DNA of 32,000 nucleotides from Delftia acidovorans NBRC 14950 (lineage in GTDB: Bacteria > Pseudomonadota > Gammaproteobacteria > Burkholderiales > Burkholderiaceae_C). The notes beneath the pieces were generated by a model, which worked only from the letters and a program-made list of their open reading frames with translations, had not been told where the DNA came from and did no database searches. The DNA lies in assembly GCF_001598795.1 (NCBI RefSeq), contig NZ_BCZP01000005.1:180001-212000 (forward strand), written 5' to 3'. Of this stretch, positions 28,217 through 32,000 are shown in pieces; the stretch's first letter is position 1; every line of letters starts with the position of its first letter. A program made the position numbers and the translations under genes.

Positions 28217-28882
28217 ATGGAATCCGAAATCACTCCTGCGGCCCCCCGGCCGCGCGGGCGGCCGGCCCGGCCCGAGCACGAGGCCAACGACGCCGCCCTG
28301 GCCGCCGCCACCTGGCTCTTGCTCAACGAAGGCTATGCCGCCACCACTATGGAAGCCGTGGCCAGGCGCGCAGGGCTGGCCAAGAAGACGCTCTACCGCT
28401 TTGCCGCCAACCGCGAGGATCTGGTGGCCTTGGTGGTGCGCGGCTGGACCGACGGTTTCCGCCCTGCCCTGTCGGCCGATGCGCAGTCGGCCTCAGAGGT
28501 GGCGCCAGCGCTGGCCGAGATCCTGCGCGTGATTGCCGCGCGCGTGCTGTCGGCCGAGGCGGTGGGCATGTTCCGCCTGCTCACCACCGATTTCCCCGCC
28601 AAGCCGGAGCTGCTGGAGGTCTACCAGCGCAACGGCATAGAGCGCGGCCGCGGCATGCTGGTGGACTGGTTGCGGCGCCAGTGCAGCAAGGGGTTGCTGC
28701 GGGCCGAACAGCCCGAAGTCGTCTGCGACCTGCTGCTGTCCATGGCCATTGCCGAGCCGCTGCGGCAGATGGCCCTGGGCCTGACGCCGCCCGTGCCCGA
28801 ATGGGATCCGGGCCCGCGCATTGACGACGCGGTACGGCTGCTGGCAGGCCATTCCTGCCGTATGGAGCCTGCGGATCGTTGA
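28217..28882 (+). CDS. TetR/AcrR-family transcriptional regulator
   Basis: 221 aa from MESEITPAAPRPRGRPAR. HTH: AAATWLLLNEGYAATTMEAVARRAGLAKKTLYRFAANRE. Confidence 0.8.
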   Translation: MESEITPAAPRPRGRPARPEHEANDAALAAATWLLLNEGYAATTMEAVARRAGLAKKTLYRFAANREDLVALVVRGWTDGFRPALSADAQSASEVAPALAEILRVIAARVLSAEAVGMFRLLTTDFPAKPELLEVYQRNGIERGRGMLVDWLRRQCSKGLLRAEQPEVVCDLLLSMAIAEPLRQMALGLTPPVPEWDPGPRIDDAVRLLAGHSCRMEPADR

Positions 28883-28885
28883 ATG

Positions 28886-28922
28886 AAAAAAGGCCACCCG
28901 GCATGGCGCCGGATGGCCTTTT
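28886..28922. terminator. bidirectional rho-independent terminator between the TetR gene and the HIBCH-like gene
   Basis: AAAAAA-GGCCACCCGGC-ATGGC-GCCGGATGGCC-TTTT, an 11-bp stem with one mismatch, between convergent genes. Confidence 0.55.
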
Positions 28923-28955
28923 GAACCCTTGGAGGTTTGAGCAACCGCCGCGCGA

Positions 28956-30047
28956 TCAGTCCAGCGCCGCCAGCGGATGCGAATGCGCAGGCCAAGGGCT
29001 GTCGAAGAAGGCGCGCCATTGCGCGTCCTGCACCTCCTCGATGCTCGCAGGGTTCCAGCGCGGGTGGTGGTCCTTGTCCACGGCCAGTGCGCGTATGCCT
29101 TCGATGGTCTCGCTCTGGCCGGGGCGCAGGTAGAAGCAGTGGCGCACCATGTCGCGCTCCATGCGCAGGTCCTGGGCCAGCGTCATGCCGCGCGCGCGGC
29201 GAATCTGCTCCAGCACCACGTGCAGCATCAGCGGCGAGCGCTTGCGCAGCGTGGCAGCCGTGTGCCGGGCCCACTCGCCATCTGCCGCTTCCAGCGCCTG
29301 CACCATGGCAGCCACCGTAGGCAGGGCAAACACGCGGTCGATCTCGGCGCGGGGCTGGGCCGCTGGCTTGGCCGGGGCCGTGAACTTCGACTTCACCAGG
29401 GCCTCGACGGCCGCTGCATCGGCAAAGCTGCCGGCGGCCAGCGCGTCCCACAGCGCAGGCTGCTGGTCCGAGGGCAGGTAGCCATCGGCCAGGCCGAAGT
29501 CCAGCGCATCGGCCGCGCCGATCACATCGCCCGTCAGCGCCAGCCACTCACCCGCGTGACCCGGGCAGCGCGAGAGGAAGTAACCGCCACCCACATCGGG
29601 GAACAGGCCGATGGCCGTCTCGGGCATGGCCATCTTGGTGCGTTCGGTGACGATGCGCAGCGTGCCGCCCTGGCTGATGCCCATGCCGCCGCCCATGACG
29701 ATGCCGTCCATGAAGGCGATGTAGGGCTTGCCAAAGGTGTGGATCAGGTGGTTGAGCGCGTACTCCTCGGTAAAGAAGTCCTCCAGCTGCGGATTGCCCG
29801 TGCTGCCCGCGCCATGCAGGAAGCGGATGTCCCCGCCCGCGCAGAAGGCGCCGAAGACCCCTTCCTTGCCCATGCCTCGGATGGCCACGGCCAGCACCTG
29901 CTCATCCTTTTGCCAGGCCAGCAGGGTGGCCAGCAGATCGCGCACCATGCCCAGCGACAGCGCGTTCAGCGCCTTGGCCCGGTTCAAGGTGATCATGCCC
30001 ATGCGGCCCCGCACTTCGCTGAGGACTTCGCCGGCAGCTCCCGTCAT
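28956..30047 (-). CDS. enoyl-CoA hydratase/isomerase-family protein of the 3-hydroxyisobutyryl-CoA hydrolase (HIBCH) type
   Basis: 364 aa from MTGAAGEV. The ATG at 30047 is preceded by a perfect AAGGAG. FCAGGDI and GIVMGGGMGIS...AMPETAIGLFPDVGGGYFLSR carry the HIBCH-type Glu/Asp. The C-terminal helical domain is typical of HIBCH. The longer track ORF (to 30320) would overlap the Bug gene. Confidence 0.8.
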   Translation of the reverse strand: MTGAAGEVLSEVRGRMGMITLNRAKALNALSLGMVRDLLATLLAWQKDEQVLAVAIRGMGKEGVFGAFCAGGDIRFLHGAGSTGNPQLEDFFTEEYALNHLIHTFGKPYIAFMDGIVMGGGMGISQGGTLRIVTERTKMAMPETAIGLFPDVGGGYFLSRCPGHAGEWLALTGDVIGAADALDFGLADGYLPSDQQPALWDALAAGSFADAAAVEALVKSKFTAPAKPAAQPRAEIDRVFALPTVAAMVQALEAADGEWARHTAATLRKRSPLMLHVVLEQIRRARGMTLAQDLRMERDMVRHCFYLRPGQSETIEGIRALAVDKDHHPRWNPASIEEVQDAQWRAFFDSPWPAHSHPLAALD

Positions 30048-30189
30048 ATCTTGCTCCTTGTTGCTATGCATGCCCTGCCCCGGCAGCCCGGGGCAATGAG
30101 CCGCAACCATAGCTGAAAAACCGCGCCCACCCCTGACAAACAGGTGCCAATATGCGCAACTGCGCGACAGGCGCCGCAACGCCCCGCAC

Positions 30190-31227
30190 TCAGTCCAGAG
30201 AGACACCCGTGCTCTTGACCACGCCGGCCCAGCGCTTGATCTCGCTGCGGATATAGGCGCCGTATTCCTCGGGCGTGGAGCCCAGGCCTTCGGCGCCCTG
30301 CAGCTGCAGCTTCTCGACAACGCCCGGGTCCTTGAGCGCGCGCATCAGCTCCTGGTTGAGCCGCTGGATGATGGCGGCCGGCGTTTTGGCCGGCACCATC
30401 ACGCCCTGCCAGGCGCCGGCCTCGAAGCCGGACATGCCGCTTTCGGCCAGCGTGGGTGCATCGGGGAAGTTGGGCAGGCGCTTGGAGGAACTCACGGCCA
30501 GCAGCTTGAGCCGCCCCTCCTTGATGAAGGGTGCGACGGAATTGATGGTGTCGGTCATGAAGTCGATCTGCCCGGCGACCAGATCCACGTCGGCCGGCGC
30601 GCTGCCCTTGTAGGGCACGTGGCTGGCCTCGATCTGGTAGTGCTGCACGACCTGGAAGGCCGCCAGGTGGGTGACATTGCCGTTGCCGGCCGAGCCATAG
30701 GACAGCTGGCCGGTCTTGTCCCTGGCATGGCGCACGAACTCCTGCACGTTCTTCACCGGCAGCTTGGGATTGACCACCAGGCCCAGCGGCACCACGGCCG
30801 TCAGCGCCACAGGCATCAGGTCCTTGCCCACGTCGTAGCTCATCTTCTTGTAAAGCGACGGGCTCAGCGCAATGGACGAGGTGTTGTAGAGCACGGTATA
30901 GCCATCGGGCGCGGCCTTGGCCACCAGGGCATTGCCGATGTTGCCATTGGCTCCGGGCCGGTTGTCCACGATCACGGTCTGGCCCAGTTGCTGGCCGACC
31001 TGCTGGGCCAGCACACGCGCCACCAGGTCGGTGGGCCCGCCCGGCGGGAAGGGCACGACCATCGTGATGGGCTTGCTGGGCCAGGGCTGCTGCGCCAGAG
31101 CGGCGCCGGGCAGTGCCGCCCCCACTGTCACCACCGCAGCCGCTGCCGCCGCAATAGGGGCCGCCAGGGTAGCCAGCGCCATGCGGCGCCCTCTTTTGCG
31201 GGCCACCTTGTCGATCTGCTTGTCCAT
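30190..31227 (-). CDS. Bug-family (TctC-like) substrate-binding protein
   Basis: 345 aa. GGAGA lies 7 nt before the ATG. A signal peptide is followed by WPSKPITMVVPFPPGGPTDLVARVLA and VDNRPGANGNIG. Confidence 0.85.
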   Translation of the reverse strand: MDKQIDKVARKRGRRMALATLAAPIAAAAAAVVTVGAALPGAALAQQPWPSKPITMVVPFPPGGPTDLVARVLAQQVGQQLGQTVIVDNRPGANGNIGNALVAKAAPDGYTVLYNTSSIALSPSLYKKMSYDVGKDLMPVALTAVVPLGLVVNPKLPVKNVQEFVRHARDKTGQLSYGSAGNGNVTHLAAFQVVQHYQIEASHVPYKGSAPADVDLVAGQIDFMTDTINSVAPFIKEGRLKLLAVSSSKRLPNFPDAPTLAESGMSGFEAGAWQGVMVPAKTPAAIIQRLNQELMRALKDPGVVEKLQLQGAEGLGSTPEEYGAYIRSEIKRWAGVVKSTGVSLD

Positions 31228-31269
31228 GCTTTTGTCTCCTGATGTCGTTATGGGAATGCTTGTGGCCGC

Positions 31270-31767
31270 CTAGCTGCGCCCGGCCAGCAGGCGCACGGCC
31301 GTGTATTCCATGACCTTCTGGTGGCCCTGGTTGAAGACCTCGATGCGCGAGGTGACGACGGCGCGGTTGCCCTTGGAGGTGGGCTTGATGGCGGTGACTT
31401 CGACCAGGGCCTCGATGGTGTCGCCCACCAGCACGGGGCCGAGGATCTTCTGGTGCAGCTCCAGCATGGCCAGGCCCGTGCCCTGGATCATGCTTTGCAG
31501 GATGAAGCCTTCGATCAGCGCATAGGTCATGGCGCCCGGCACGGGGCGGCCGGCAATGGCGCCGCCGTCGTAGCCCTCCTCGATGAAGATGGCCTCCAGC
31601 ATGCCCGTGGCATTGATGAAGGCGACCAGGTCGGACTCGGTCACGGTGCGGCGGAAGGTGCGCAGTTGCTGGCCGATCTGCAGGTCCTGCCAGAAAAAGC
31701 CCTGGCCCATGCGGGGCACGGCGTTCCAGGCAGCGCCAGGGTGGGGCTGCGGGGTGTTCACTGTCAT
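31270..31767 (-). CDS. MaoC-like hot-dog-fold (acyl dehydratase family) protein
   Basis: 166 aa from MTVNTPQ, with GGAGA upstream of the ATG at 31767. It has hot-dog length and pattern (RTVTESDLVAFINATG...VEVTAIKPTSKGNRAVVTSRIEVFNQ). The canonical GDxNPxH hydratase motif is not evident. Confidence 0.75.
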   Translation of the reverse strand: MTVNTPQPHPGAAWNAVPRMGQGFFWQDLQIGQQLRTFRRTVTESDLVAFINATGMLEAIFIEEGYDGGAIAGRPVPGAMTYALIEGFILQSMIQGTGLAMLELHQKILGPVLVGDTIEALVEVTAIKPTSKGNRAVVTSRIEVFNQGHQKVMEYTAVRLLAGRS

Positions 31768-31768
31768 C

Positions 31769-32000
31769 TCATGTCTCCTGTTGCGTGATCTGCAGGCCGG
31801 CGATGCGCTCGGCGCTCCAGCCCGCCTGGGCCAGCAGCGCCGCCGTGTGCTCGCCCAGGCGCGGGGGCATGCCCATGGGCGCCTGCCGGCCATCCATGCG
31901 CACGGAGGAGCGAGGCAGGTGCACGGTGCCCATGGCGGTGTCCTGCAGCGGCACGAAGAACTCCGTGGCCTGCAGATGCGGATCGGCGGGCAGATCGTCC
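31769..32000 (-). CDS. family III (CaiB/BaiF) CoA-transferase, C-terminal fragment (5' end outside the window)
   Basis: The reverse frame is open to the window edge and reads ...DDLPADPHLQATEFFVPLQDTAMGTVHLPRSSVRMDG...PRLGEHTAALLAQAGWS, a typical CaiB-family C-terminus. Its stop lies 1 nt before the MaoC-like ATG. Confidence 0.7.
   Translation of the reverse strand, partial: DDLPADPHLQATEFFVPLQDTAMGTVHLPRSSVRMDGRQAPMGMPPRLGEHTAALLAQAGWSAERIAGLQITQQET

Noticed and set aside
28956-30320. A 454-aa version of the HIBCH-like gene.
   Set aside because: The extension would overlap the 3' end of the Bug gene and has no family similarity. A perfect AAGGAG precedes the internal ATG at 30047, which gives the normal crotonase-fold N-terminus.

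Overview
This is a high-G+C bacterial chromosomal segment (about 63-70% G+C in the lines I counted). The gene content, including two orphan Bug/TctC-type solute receptors, suggests a betaproteobacterium of the Burkholderiales/Comamonadaceae type; that is an inference. It is densely coded, with about 36 genes. (1) 1-8.4 kb: a livHMGF-type ABC importer plus a class-B flavin monooxygenase on the minus strand. These are divergent from a Liv-type binding protein translationally coupled to an HpaB-family oxygenase, followed by a LysR regulator. (2) 8.4-11.7 kb: a RibD_C/DHFR-family reductase and an OYE reductase - quinone oxidoreductase - ABM monooxygenase operon. (3) 11.7-15.6 kb: LysR, a Bug receptor, a CHMI-like tautomerase and a solitary M16 peptidase. 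(4) 15.77-16.42 kb: a ~650 bp low-G+C islet (49% by hand count) with one acidic 143-aa orphan ORF, abutting the 3' end of guaA. (5) guaA, a vapBC toxin-antitoxin pair, LysR/ilvD and guaB. (6) DUF4124, rnfH-ratA and divergent smpB. (7) Lipoprotein - ECF sigma - anti-sigma. (8) A DAPG-hydrolase-like gene divergent from a TetR gene. (9) A CoA-transferase - MaoC-like - Bug - HIBCH-like operon. I saw no rRNA, tRNA, tmRNA, CRISPR array, IS element, transposase or integrase. Nothing here convincingly forms a multi-gene novel system. The best candidates for follow-up are the low-GC orphan ORF beside guaA, the binding-protein/HpaB/FMO uptake-oxygenation locus, and the CoA-transferase/non-canonical hot-dog/HIBCH operon. 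All family assignments come from reading motifs in the translations, since no database search could be run. Many long ORFs in the supplied track are antisense or out-of-frame shadows typical of high-GC DNA. The track also uses non-ATG starts, so several gene starts were re-picked by hand.
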